A DNA stretch of 63,977 nucleotides, filler included, from Octopus bimaculoides (lineage: Eukaryota): the NCBI RefSeq assembly GCF_001194135.2. It is 8 parts of 7 records of this genome, joined end to end, with 100 filler letters (N's around TTAATTAATTAA, not from the genome) between each part and the next. Parts side by side here need not be neighbours in the genome. Positions count along the whole stretch, not along the records: positions 25,363 to 46,230 come from NC_069009.1; positions 46,331 to 53,745 come from NC_068994.1; 6 more parts are not named here. One strand, 5' to 3'. This document shows, in pieces, positions 36,400 through 49,122 of the stretch. The translations under genes were made by a program, and so were the position numbers. Below the pieces are notes generated by a model that ran no database searches, was not told where the DNA came from, and saw nothing but the letters and a program-made list of their open reading frames with translations. Position 1 is the stretch's first letter. Each line of letters opens with the position of its first letter.

Positions 36400-37504
36400 C
36401 CTCTTTCAAAACTTAGCCAGGCTCATGGGCCTGGTTTCCTGGTTTCTATGACGTATGTGTTCCCTCTCCCAGCTGGACGGGACACCAGTCCATCGCAGCT
36501 TTACTCAAGAAACAGGAAGAAAGAGTGAGAGAAAGTTGGGGTGAAAGAGTGAGAGAAAGTTGGGGTGAAAGAGTGAGAGAAAGTTGGGGTGAAAGAGTNN
36601 NNNNNNNNNNNNNNNNNNNNNNNNNNNNNNNNNNNNNNNNNNNNNNNNNNNNNNNNNNNNNNNNNNNNNNNNNNNNNNNNNNNNNNNNNNNNNNNNNNNN
36701 NNNNNNNNNNNNNNNNNNNNNNNNNNNNNNNNNNNNNNNNNNNNNNNNNNNNNNNNNNNNNNNNNNNNNNNNNNNNNNNNNNNNNNNNNNNNNNNNNNNN
36801 NNNNNNNNNNNNNNNNNNNNNNNNNNNNNNNNNNNNNNNNNNNNNNNNNNNNNNNNNNNNNNNNNNNNNNNNNNNNNNNNNNNNNNNNNNNNNNNNNNNN
36901 NNNNNNNNNNNNNNNNNNNNNNNNNNNNNNNNNNNNNNNNNNNNNNNNNNNNNNNNNNNNNNNNNNNNNNNNNNNNNNNNNNNNNNNNNNNNNNNNNNNN
37001 NNNNNNNNNNNNNNNNNNNNNNNNNNNNNNNNNNNNNNNNNNNNNNNNNNNNNNNNNNNNNNNNNNNNNNNNNNNNNNNNNNNNNNNNNNNNNNNNNNNN
37101 NNNNNNNNNNNNNNNNNNNNNNNNNNNNNNNNNNNNNNNNNNNNNNNNNNNNNNNNNNNNNNNNNNNNNNNNNNNNNNNNNNNNNNNNNNNNNNNNNNNN
37201 NNNNNNNNNNNGAGAGAAAGTTGGGGTGAAAGAGTGAGAGAAAGTTGGGGTGAAAGAGTGAGAGAAAGTTGGGGTGAAAGAGTGAGAGAAAGTTGGGGTG
37301 AAAGAGTGAGAGAAAGTTGGGGTGAAAGAGTGAGAGAAAGTTGGGGTGAAAGAGTACAACAGAGGTCACCACCATCCCCTGCCAGAGCCTCATTGAGCTT
37401 AGGTGTCTTCGCTCAATAAACTCACAACGCCCGGTCTGGGAATCGAAACTGCGATCCTCCAACTGTGAGTTCGCTACCCTAACCACTGGGTCCTTGCGCC
37501 TCCA
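36400..37504 (-). mobile_element. SINE family B copy split by an internal minisatellite expansion
   Basis: 37354-37504 is the reverse complement of the family B head (ends ...ttgcgcctccac). The array unit matches the internal segment of the 8681 copy (reverse complement of cgccccaactttctctcattc). Confidence 0.8.
36524..37353. repeat. 24 bp tandem minisatellite (GAGAGAAAGTTGGGGTGAAAGAGT)n spanning an N gap
   Basis: About 3 identical units before and about 6 after the gap at 36599-37211. Confidence 0.9.
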
Positions 37505-37901
37505 CTTTAGGCTATGATACTGATGTAAATATTGTGATGCATGGAAAATATCAAAACATTTGTTAAGCATTAAGAAAGCAGAAATGAACTTTCAAATACA
37601 AAATGCAGACAGAACAACTGAATAGAGAGGCTGTTGGTGTAAAATAGCAGAAACGCTGTGGGTTAAATTAGAAAACTTGAAACTGCCTCATGAAACATTA
37701 TGAGACAAATACAAAAAAATCAACAGAACAACTGCAGGTCATATCAAATGATTTAGATGGTAAATCATGCAAAACGGAACTAATTCAACAGCTTCAAATG
37801 TTAAAGAGTTACTTACAAAAAAAAAAAAATGAATATAATATACTAAAACACATAGAGTATTTATATAAAATATCTGTCTATATCTCTCTCTCTCTCTCTA
37901 A

Positions 37902-37942
<41 letters not shown>

Positions 37943-38710
37943 AAACAAATGATAGATAGGTGTCAATTCATTACGGCTGTTTCCAACGAATTTTTAATTG
38001 ATTAATAGATACATTATATCATTATAAAAAAAACGTTTTCTTCAGATAAATACATGAACCACAGTATGAGAAACATTTCAAAACATTAAAAATCCACAGC
38101 ATGTGCATATTTTGTAATTCCACAATCTTTGCTGGTCGCAGGATACACATTTATATATATATATATATATATATCATTATGGATATAGGGTAAAGAATTA
38201 TCAATTTATTAATAAAATAATAATTAATAATTTTACCAAGTAGTACTGTATGGAAAATAAAAAGACCCATTATCGGTAAAAACTTATACAAAAGGTTTTT
38301 TTATAATTATAAACATAATCAAGGGATCAGCAAAAGTTTGTTCACCACATACTGAAAATTTAGAAATAGCAGTTAAAATACTAATTCTTCTACTACAAAA
38401 ATATCTCCACAGATAATACTCATAACTCACACAGGCAAAACAAGAAAAAATAACGAAACCAACCAGCCTTCGTTAATAATGTACGCGTTTTGGGATTAGA
38501 ATTGTATAAAATTCATTTCCTTCTTCAGCATGATATTCTAGATGTGTGTGTATCATCATCATCATCATCATCGTTTAACGTTCGCTTTCCATGCTAGCAT
38601 GGGTTGGACGATTTGACTGAGGACTGGTGAAACTGGATGGCAACACCAGGCTCCAATCTAAATTTGGCAGAGTTTCTACAGCTGGATGCCCTTCCTAACG
38701 CCAACCACTC

Positions 38711-38749
<39 letters not shown>

Positions 38750-40204
38750 GCCCGTCTAAATCTGTGTGTTTTTGTCTGTAACCTCCACCACTTGACAACC
38801 ACCGTTGGTTTGTTTGCATCCCCATAACTTAGCAGTTTGGTGAAAAGACTGATAAGATAAGTACCAAACCATAAAAACTAGGGTCAATGTGTATAATTAA
38901 AACCTGTCTAGGCAGTACCCCAGCATGATCCAAACAAGAGAGGGGTAAAAGATATCAGAAGTGTGTGTAGTATTCTTGTCACTGAAGCATTAATAAGATA
39001 TTTGTTATATCCTTTAATCCTAGTAAAGACCTCTTTTCATCATGAATGACCATAGGATTGCACCTAGAAAGTTACCCTCTGAGGTACAAGTCCAGGCAAG
39101 GTTGTTTATGGTAGACCATCAGTTGCCTGTGCATCCCAGCCTCCCCTCTTCATGCCACTGATGTTATCCAAGGGAAAGGCAAAGGGGCTGATACAGCTTG
39201 GCACCAGAGATGTCGCAACTCATTTCTACAGCTGAATGAACTAGAGCAATGTGAAATAAAGTGTCTTGCTCAAGAACACAGCACACAGCCTGGTCTGAGA
39301 ATCAAACTCACTACCTCATGACTCTGAGTCCAACACTCTACCCACTGAGCCATGTGCCTTTGCTAAGTTACAAATGGCTGAGTACTCCACAGACATGTGT
39401 ACTCTTAACATAGTTCTCAAGGAGATTCAGTGTGACACAGAATGTGACAAGGCTGGACCCTTTTGAATTACAGGTACAACTCATTTTTGCCAGCATAGTG
39501 GCTCAGCATAAGAGATGGATAAAATAAAAACCAGGCTTAAAAGTGACTTGCTCAAGGAGACAACACATCGCTGGGAATTGAACTCATGACCTTATGATTG
39601 CAAGCCAAAAACCATACTAAATAAATTTGTATCAACATATGATTACAGTAGTTAAGTATATCATATCAAATAATAACACATAAGAGGGCTCAACATAAAT
39701 TTGATAGTATATGAAGGTAGGCCTTCTCTGAGGAGCAGCCAACAAACCATGAAACAGTCCATCAAGAGACCTACTCTCTTTTTTTGCATGCATTAAAGAC
39801 ATTGAATTTAACTATCCAGTACAGTGATAGTCAAATTTATGGCTGCTGAATATTCATAACATCAGAATATTCTATGTCATTGATGGGAAAGGAGATGGTG
39901 AAATCTTCTCAGAAAAGAAGTCAAGTAACAGCAAAACAGTCTCTCAGTAAATTAGCATCCATTTTCTGTATGTCACAAACACAGAAGGGATGTGTTTACA
40001 TTTTGAATATTTCTCTCACAGCTTGGCTTTATGAAATCAGCTCCAAGACTTATTTTTTAAGTGTAGTACTTATTCTATTGGACTCTTTTGTTGAAGTTCT
40101 AGATTACGGGAGATATAAACACACTGACACTGGTTGTCAAGTGGTAATGAGGGGACAAACACACACATACACACACACACACACATATTTATATATATAT
40201 ATAT

Positions 40205-40380
40205 ATATATATGGGAGAATTTACGAAAAAAACAACAACAGACGAGGACAGGTGGTGTAAACAACAAAAGGATGTATTAGTTTAACGCTCGGGAACAGAG
40301 AAAGTCTTTAACGTTTCGAGCCTACGCTCTTCAACAGAAATAAATACGGAGAAAAACAAGGAGAAAATCACGGAGAAAAA
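40205..40380 (-). mobile_element. Repeat H2 copy; hammerhead-like motif at 40305-40342 with GUU triplet
   Basis: Reverse complement reads tttCTGTTGAAGAGCgtagGCTCGAAACGTTAAAGA. Confidence 0.75.
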
Positions 40381-40682
40381 AAATTTGAATGTTGTGGTCA
40401 GCGATCTATATATTATATGATAGGCTTCTTTCAGTTTCCATCTACCAAATCCACTCAGAGGTCTTTGATAGGTTCAAGGCTATAGTAGAAGACACTTTCC
40501 CAAGGTGCCACAGAGTGGGACTGAACCCAGAATCATGTGGTTGGGAGGCAAGTTTCTTACTACACTGCCATACCTGAGCCTATACACGCACACACACATG
40601 CACACCACATATCTTCAGTCATTCTGGCCTTCTACCATAACCTCTGTAAGGTTCTGCATGGAAACTGTGTTGAAGTCAGCGC

Positions 40683-40730
<48 letters not shown>

Positions 40731-40953
40731 ACGAGTGATTGTAATGACAGTGATGATGATGATGATGATGATGGTGGTGGTGAGGTTGATGATGACAGTG
40801 ATGGTGATGGTGATGATGATGACGTTAAATGATGATGATGATGATGATGATGATGATGTGTGTGTGTGTAAGGAGGGAGAATATATGGATGCTGATTATC
40901 GTGATGAAAAATAATGCAGAAAAAATATGCCTCAGAGGTGCGTTCTGCTTGCT

Positions 40954-40997
<44 letters not shown>

Positions 40998-41117
40998 GTG
41001 CATACACACATGCACACACACATATACGCACAAACATTCATACCTCTCTCTCCATGATATATGTTAATTTGTGATTATTTTACAGGAAACTAGTCACAAA
41101 GAAATTTATAAACACCC

Positions 41118-41192
<75 letters not shown>

Positions 41193-41782
41193 CACACACA
41201 CACAGATACATATGTGCATATACACACATTTACATAACATGCACATACATACAGTTAAGCATACACACACGAACACACACATGTATATTAATGTACACAT
41301 TCAGATATATATACATATTACAAATTCACACACACACATATATACATACAAATTCATATATATATGCACATATCTATATCTATCCATCTATCTATATATA
41401 TATATATATATATAGATGATATATATATGTACACACACACACACATCTCTTTCTCTCTCTCTCCTTCTATCTATCTATCAATCTATATATATATAGATAT
41501 ATACATACATATATGTATGTATGTATGCTGTTTCAATTAATGCTAATTATTTAAAAAGATAATATTTTAAGATAAGTGTCTGATGAAAGGCAATTCAATA
41601 TGGCCGTTCTTTTACAGTCCCTCGTGGCCATATATATTTTAACTGCCATTGTTTTTTTTTTTTCCACAAACATACACATTCATGCTATCAATTTGATGGA
41701 TATTTTATATGATATGAAATTCTCTTTGTGTACTCCAGTGTTTGTGTGTGTGAGTCTATACATGCATATGTATATGTGTGTA

Positions 41783-41813
<31 letters not shown>

Positions 41814-42001
41814 ATACACACACATATGTGTGTGAGTATATGTGGTGAGCGTTTGTGATTAGGTGCCTGTGAATACATGTGTGCGTGTGTATTTTATATA
41901 ATGTTTGTGTATCATGCTAAAATATATAATATATATTCATGTAATAAATATTATGCATTTGTGTTATTGAATATATATATTAACATCAACACAAGCAGTG
42001 T

Positions 42002-42341
42002 TGGTGGAACATTTCCATCAAAATTTCAATCAAGTGCAAGCACAACAGGCCAGATATTGTTCTTTGGGATGGACAAGAAAAAAGTAAAACATACATGTGA
42101 AAAAGAGAACACCTATGCTGAACTATAGAGAAATTTGCAGTTACTCTATCCAGATTACAAGTTCAGGTATATACCTATAATCATTGGGGCCCTGGGATAT
42201 GTACCGCACTGCCTAAATACCAATCTTGAGAAATTAGGCTTTTGAGAACTAGAAAGGAGAAAGCTTATCCGAAGGCTACAGGTCCAATCCATCACTGGAA
42301 CTGTAAAAATCTGTAAAGCTTTCCATATATTTATCATTTAA
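42002..42341 (+). mobile_element. R4/Dong-like non-LTR retrotransposon 3' fragment (REL endonuclease), copy 1
   Basis: WWNISIKISIKCKHNRPDIVLWD, then YAEL*RNLQLLYPDYKFRYIPIIIGALGYVPHCLNTNLEKLGF*ELERRKLIRRLQVQSITGTVKICKAF; the PD motif, IIIGALG and C-terminal GTxKI fit R4-type elements. Confidence 0.85.
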
Positions 42342-42653
42342 GTATATATGAGCATATCTAGATAACAACTATATGCATGAGAATACATACAGAAAACGAA
42401 ACATACAAATCTCCACATATGCATACATACAAAAATTACCTTGTTGCACAACCAAGAGAGCAAGTTTATCTACATGCACACAACATGAACACATACATAC
42501 ATCAATGACCTCAGGTAAACAGAAATTCTGGGAGCTGTTTTCACTCACACAAAAGAGCCTTGTTTGCTTGTTAGTAGCCTGAAAACATACACAACACCCT
42601 TTCCTGTTGCTGAATATATACATAAATAAATATACATGCATAAATGATATTGA

Positions 42654-42935
42654 TGGAACAGTTCCATCAAAACTTCTACCAGGTACAAGCACAACATGCC
42701 AGATATTTTTCTTTGGGATGGAATAGAAAAAATATGTACCACCATAGAGATCAGCTATCATGCTGTGGTGAAAGTCTCTTTGAAAATCAAAGAGGAAGAA
42801 GAAAACTATGGACAATTGCTTTGAAACCTCCAGCTTCTATATCCAGATTATAAATTCATATTTATACCGGTAATAACTGGTACACTTGGCTTAAGTGTCA
42901 GTCTGGATAAACCTGGACTTTCAGAAAAGGAAATC
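42654..42935 (+). mobile_element. R4/Dong-like REL endonuclease fragment, copy 2
   Basis: WNSSIKTSTRYKHNMPDIFLWDGIEKICTTIEISYHAVVKVSLKIKEEEENYGQLL*NLQLLYPDYKFIFIPVITGTLG (PD...E pattern retained). Confidence 0.85.
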
Positions 42936-43019
42936 AACTAATTAATTCGCCTATTGCAAATACAATCTGTAAATGGAAGAGTAAAAATATGCAAGACTTT
43001 TCTCAGGTTTAAGGCATAC

Positions 43020-43084
43020 CATTGTTTTCATCATCCACATTCCAACGATGGCCCTTTGGACCTTTGTCAGAAACCAGTTCCTTC
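43020..43084 (-). CDS. Candidate exon of a minus-strand gene (KELVSDKGPKGHRWNVDDENN)
   Basis: Donor ATG|gtatgc, acceptor ttactgtaag, protein-like open frame, phase 2 to 1. Confidence 0.4.
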
Positions 43085-43962
43085 CTTACAGTAACATTTC
43101 AAATACATAAAAGCAGATGAGAGCACAAACACACACAAATATTACCATAAACTGACATATACACATATATATAAACATAATTAAGGGGTCAGCAACAGTT
43201 GCTTCACCACATACCGAAGTTCAGAAATAGCAGCTAAAGTGCTGAAACTCAAACTGTTGCTGATCCCTTAACTATGTTTATAAATGTATAAGAACTTTTA
43301 AATAAGTTCTTCACTGATAATGGTGTTTACATACCGAAGGGCTTGGTAAAAATTATTAATTATTAATTTATTAATAAATTAATAATCCTTTACCCTTTTA
43401 TTTGTATACACATATATAGATATATCTTTAATTTCTATCTTCTAATTGTTTCAATCATTAGACTGGGGAATCACATTGAAGGACCTTAGTTGAACAAACA
43501 GACCCCAGTAAGTTTTGTTTTAAAGCTTGGTACCTTATTCTATTGGGCTCTTTTGTCAAACTGCTAAGTTACGGGTGTAAAAACACAACACATGTTGTCA
43601 AGTGGTGATGGGGGACAGACACAGACAGAAGTTCACACACACACACACATACACAAATGCATGCACACATGCACACACCCACCCACATATATATATATAT
43701 ATTCGATAGGCTTCTTTCAGTTTCCATCTACCGAATTCATTGACAAGGTTTTGGTTGACCTGCAGCTATAGTAGAAGACACTTGCCCAAGGTTCCACGTA
43801 GTGGGATGGAACCTAGGTCCCTCTGGTTGGAAAGCAAGCTTGTTACCACACAGCCATGCCTGAACCTATATATATATATATATATNNNNNNNNNNNNNNN
43901 NNNNNNNNNNNNNNNNNNNNNNNNNNNNNNNNNNNNNNNNNNNNNNNNNNNNNNNNNNNNNN

Positions 43963-43998
<36 letters not shown>

Positions 43999-44003
43999 AA
44001 TAC

Positions 44004-44038
<35 letters not shown>

Positions 44039-45581
44039 TGTGTGCAGGAGCTGTATGGCTAATTCATTCTGTTGATAATGGGGTAAAGCCCATGTGTACA
44101 TAGGTGTGAGTGTGTGTGTGTGTGTGTAAGTGGGAGTCGATGTTTAATGAACCACACTATAGGGAAGAGATTTTACATGAACGAAAATGTATGGACACTC
44201 TGAAAAGAATAATGCTCAGGCAAATTCTTAGACGATAAGGACATATATCGGCAAACGATATATAACCAAACGATAATAAATTGATGTTAACGTGACAGCA
44301 ATTGGAAAGAAACATTAATTTTCTAGCGATGTTGTATATGAAATTATATTGATAACATGAAGAGAGATTAATAAAACACTAACACAGTGAGCGTACATAT
44401 ATATATATATATATTATATATATATATATATTATATATACATATGTGCATGTATGTATGTATATATATGAAAGCAACAGAGAGATAAACCGTAATAAACG
44501 GGTATTATATTATAGAATGATTATGTGGAGCGCGGAATCATTAACATTTGTAAACATGGGTGAATGTAAGATTTTAAACTATATGAGGTGATGTAATTAT
44601 ATTCTTGGAACGTTGAATGGAATTGAAAGCAATAAGAAATATGGTTACTCAAGGCAAGCGGTCTTTGTCTCTACTGGTCTGTCCCAGTGAAGATGAAAAA
44701 GCAGTAAAAGGTATGTATGTATGTATGTATGTATGTATGTATCTATCTATCTATCTACCTTATTTCTTTACTATCCACGAGGGGCTACACACAGAGGGGA
44801 CAAACAAGGACAGACAAACGGATTAAGTCGATTATATCGAACCCAGTGCATAACTGGTACTTATCTAATTGACCCCCAAAAGGATGAAAGGCAAAGTCAA
44901 CCTTGACGGAATTTGAACACAGAACGCCGCTGCATACGAAATACCACTACGCATTTCGCCCGGCGTGCTAACGGTTCTGCCAGCTCACTGCTTTACCTAT
45001 CTGTTGATTTATACACACAGGCACAGGCATGGCTGTGTAGTGAGAAGCTTGCTTCCGAACCACATGATTCCAGGTTCAATCCCAGTGTATGACACTTTGG
45101 GTAAGTGTCTTGTACTACAGCCTTGGGCCAACCAAAGCCTTGTGAGGGGATTTGGTAGGCAGAAAGGAAAGAAGCTTGTCGTATATATACATGTGTGTAT
45201 ATAGTAGAAGACACTTGCCCAAGGTTCCACAAAGTGGGATGGAACCTTGGTCCCTCTGGTTGGGAAGCAAGCTTCTTACCACACAGCCATGTCTGNNNNN
45301 NNNNNNNNNNNNNNNNNNNNNNNNNNNNNNNNNNNNNNNNNNNNNNNNNNNNNNNNNNNNNNNNNNNNNNNNNNNNNNNNNNNNNNNNNNNNNNNNNNNN
45401 NNNNNNNNNNNNNNNNTATATATATATATATATATATATATAGGGAGAGAGAGAGAGAGATACAGATATGTGTATGTAAATATATATATATATATATATA
45501 TATATAGGCACAAGCATGATTGTGCAGTAAAGAATGTCATACAGGGTTAAATGGACACTCCTGGAACAACTTGGACCATAC

Positions 45582-45650
45582 CTTAATGGAAGATGATGAT
45601 GCAAATTTTGCTTGGCTGAGAGGTAAAAGTTTTCTAGTTCCAGGAGCCTT
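45582..45650 (-). CDS. Candidate exon of a minus-strand gene (RLLELENFYLSAKQNLHHHLPL or KAPGTRKLLPLSQAKFASSSSIK)
   Basis: Acceptor ctcacttttttgaatataag, donor AAG|gtatgg, 69 nt. Two frames are open; the phase-2 frame joins 43084 in frame. Confidence 0.35.
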
Positions 45651-46096
45651 CTTATATTCAAAAAAGTGAGATGTTTAGTCAGTGTCCGCATAATTAAAAA
45701 TTCATGTTGGAAACATGGTCTTCATTTGCTAACCAGTGAATGGAAAATGTACAGAAACAAACCCTTTTCAGCCACAACTGACTGAAACCATTCAAACAGA
45801 GATAGCTCTTTCTCTCCCATCGACCTAATGACAAAAAAAGGGCCACCCAACCTTTGTTACTCTTCTTACCCTTCCTCTCTCATCAATCAATGTACCCCAC
45901 TGCCAGCTGTTGTTGTTACTCAAAGGAACAGTAGTTGGTGTGGTTAAAAAGCTTGCTTCCAAAACTTGTGGTCTTGAGTTCAGTCCCTCTGTGCAGAATT
46001 TTGGGTGTCTTCTACTGTAGCCCTAGGAGGACCAATGCCTTGTGAGTGGATTTGGTAAGCAGAAACTGTATGGAAGCCCACCAAATGTGTGTATGT

Positions 46097-46135
<39 letters not shown>

Positions 46136-46330
46136 CATATATATGTATACATATATATACACACACATTTGGTGAGCTTCCACCACATATATATATATAT
46201 AAATATATATATATATTGTTTTACTCCTTTNNNNNNNNNNNNNNNNNNNNNNNNNNNNNNNNNNNNNNNNNNNNTTAATTAATTAANNNNNNNNNNNNNN
46301 NNNNNNNNNNNNNNNNNNNNNNNNNNNNNN

Positions 46331-46760
46331 AATAACAACAGACGAGGACAGGTGGTGTAAATAACAAAAGGATATATTAGTATGACGCTCGGGAATACGG
46401 AAAGTCTTTGACGTTTCGAGCTACGCTCTTCAACAGAAAGAATACGGAGACAAGGAGAAAAACACGGAGAAAAAAAATAAAAAAGGATGATAAAGGAGGT
46501 TTACAAAAGTGGAAAAGTTCAAAAGTTTTTTAGAGGTCGTGGTATATTGAAGCGATTTCCAATCAGAAGATGGGTCCAGTGTTATCCGTGGGTAGGAGAG
46601 GTGCAGCCGGAGGGTATATGCACAGAAAAGGGAATGCCAGCAGTTACAAGTTTTAATTCTAACTCGGCTGGAGGATCAGTTACGATAGCTCCAGTTGTCA
46701 AATAAGGTAGCTTTTATTCTCAATTAATTAGTTAATTAAATATAGGATTAAGAATTAAGA
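46331..46760 (-). mobile_element. Longest repeat H2 copy; hammerhead-like motif at 46405-46441
   Basis: The 37 nt motif is identical (reverse complement) to 29502-29538; CpG-rich unique-looking sequence continues to ~46760 on the 5' side of the element. Confidence 0.75.
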
Positions 46761-47380
46761 CTAATCATGTGGTTTAAGACGTAACTGATTACGATCTTTT
46801 ATTTCTTTTTTTTTTTTCTTTTTTTTCTTTCTCTTGGTTGTGTGGTTAAGCTTCCTTCCCAGCCATGTGGTCTTCGGTTCAGTCCTACTGCACGGCACCC
46901 TGGGGTTATGTCTTCTATTATAGCACTGNNNNNNNNNNGGGGGGGGGGGCAGAAGCTTGTGAGTGTGCTTTGGTTTACAGAAACTTAAAGTCCACCATAT
47001 TGTTTTACTTGTTTCAGTCATTTGACTGCGGCCATGCTAGAGCACCACCTTTAGTCGAGCAAATCTACCCCATTACTTATTCATTGTAAGCCTTGTACTT
47101 ATTCTATCGGGATCGTTTACCGAATCGCTAAGTTACGGGAACGTCAACACATCAGCTTCAATTGTCAAGCGATGTTGGGGGAACAAACACAGACACTAAA
47201 ACATATACACACGGGGTCTTCTTTCAGTTTCCGTCTACCAAATCCTTTCATAAGGCTTTGGTTGGCCCGAGGCTTGCCCAAGGTACCACGCAGTGAGACT
47301 GAACCCCGGAACCATGTGGATGGTAAGCAAGCTACTTACCACACAGCCACTCCTGCGCCTATAAAAAAAGAAATTATTTG

Positions 47381-47453
47381 CGACCACAACGAGACTCGAA
47401 CCCGCAGTCTTCTGATTCGAAGTCAGACACCTTATCCATTAGGCCATGCGTGT
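47381..47453 (-). tRNA. tRNA-Arg(UCG), probably a pseudogene (acceptor positions 1-3 mismatched)
   Basis: Reads ACACGCA-TG-GCCT-AATGGATA-AGGT-G-TCTGA-CT[TCG]AA-TCAGA-AGACT-GCGGG-TTCGAGT-CTCGT-TGTGGTC-G; the D, anticodon and T arms pair; T7 Pol III terminator at 47363-47369. Confidence 0.85.
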
Positions 47454-48110
47454 GTGTTTCTGTTTTCTCTCCTTTAGGTCACGTCGGTTTTTGCAAATAA
47501 GTGTCACCTTCGTACAAGCAGCAAAATTCATTTCTTATTTCTCCGTTAAAACATTACCGACCACTGGGCAATATTTCCCAATGATTGGCAACTGTTGAGG
47601 GTTGGCGACCGGAAGAGTATCCAGCCATAGAAAATCTGAGGTCTGTTTGGAGAATGAACTCTGTCTGACCCATGCAAACATGGAAAAGTGGACGTTAAAG
47701 CAAACGATTAGTGAGTGCGCAATGTGTCCTTTAAAACGATTACGTGGTGGGCTTAGCTGCTATTTCTAGCAGCTCGTTTAAGTCATTGGCTTGTGGTTGT
47801 TGTTTCTGCAGTTTAGCCCCAGGTCTGCTCCGATCGAGCAGATTTGTTAATCAAAGCCATTTCGTCCATGACCATCCCGTATTTTCTTCTTCTTTTTTTT
47901 GTAGGGAGGAGGAACGAGTGAGTGACATAAAGTATACAAAACTTAGTGTATCTAGGACCACATTATCTAATTATCTAATTAATTTTTCTGCAATTTTAAA
48001 CCGAAGTAACTTAAGGTGTGTTTTGACTGCTATTTCTAGCAGACTGAATGATCTCAGAAGCTCCCCTTTCAGTTTGAAAGTACATCTGGAGCTTTCAACC
48101 GTTACCTCTC

Positions 48111-48200
48111 TCTTTTCTCTCCCTACCTCTCTCTTTCTCTCCCTACCTCTCTCTTTTCTCTCCCTACCTCTCTCTTTTTCTCCTGACCTCTCTCTCCTCT
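48111..48200. repeat. ~21-22 bp pyrimidine tandem repeat (CCCTACCTCTCTCTTTTCTCT-like)
   Basis: About 4 units by inspection. Confidence 0.8.
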
Positions 48201-48400
48201 TCCCTTTCCAAACATCTGAATTGAACCAAGCGGAACCTTGTCCTATTAGCAGCTTATTTGGGTGGAACATCTAAACTGGATCCTAGTTTGTTGCTTAGAA
48301 CAAGAATCTCAAGCATCTCCACCTCATATTGCTAGTATGTTATTACTATGTGGCTTGCAAGGCAGCTATAGCTATTTCACTCACTGGTTGCTGACTATAC

Positions 48401-48436
<36 letters not shown>

Positions 48437-49030
48437 GTTTGTCTACTTGTCTGTCTGTCTATCTATCTATCTAGGAGGTATCTTATGGTAGAGTAATGGT
48501 ATTTAACTGCTACTTCTAAATTTCGGTATGTGGTGAAGCAATTTGCTGAACCCTAATTATAATTATAGAATTTATATATATATGTATGTATGTATGCATG
48601 TATGTATATGTGTGTGTGTGTGTGTGTGTTGATATATATATATTCTCTTTCAATTTCACATACCACCTGTTCCCCGAGTTGTATTGTGTTGTCATTGAAG
48701 TTGGAGGTGGTAGGGAACATAACTAAATAATGCTTGGGCAGATTATGTATTATGAGCATTCAGTTATTGCCTTATTAAATTCAGAAACCTGTGTTTGTGT
48801 GTGTGTTACAAATTAAAAGCTGCTCTAGCAATGTAAACATTATTGGTCGCACATACATAGTGTATGTCTTGTTTATATGCCAAATTTGTTGAGGGATAGC
48901 ATTTAGGGAAAACTCCCTATGTGATGCTGAGTGTTAAAGAATGCCTCTGAATGTCCATAGACCAGGCAGGGTAGCTCGCCTTGGAATCACGAAATTTCGC
49001 CATTATTGTGGTATATCAATACCATGTATT

Positions 49031-49122
49031 GGAGGCGCAATGGCCCAGTGGTTAGGGCAGCGGACTCGCGGTCATAAGATCGCGGTTTCGATTCCCAGAC
49101 CGAGCGTTGTGAGTGTTTATTG
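49031..49122 (+). mobile_element. SINE family B tRNA-like head only
   Basis: Near-identical to 8681-8772, truncated after gagtgtttattga. Confidence 0.8.

Noticed and set aside
36524-37353. Possible CRISPR-like or coding repeat (FHPNFLSL ORF)
   Set aside because: Identical head-to-tail units with no spacers; it derives from an internal SINE segment.
39690-40080. Near-continuous + strand frame interrupted by a single TGA (possible selenocysteine)
   Set aside because: No selenoprotein motif, SECIS element or splice context; the frame runs into a SINE.
43314-43340. CTGATAA-TGGT…ACC-GAAGG resembling a hammerhead (also near 52760)
   Set aside because: Both copies share the non-canonical GAAGG and lack a stem III/NUH arrangement, so the core is not supported.
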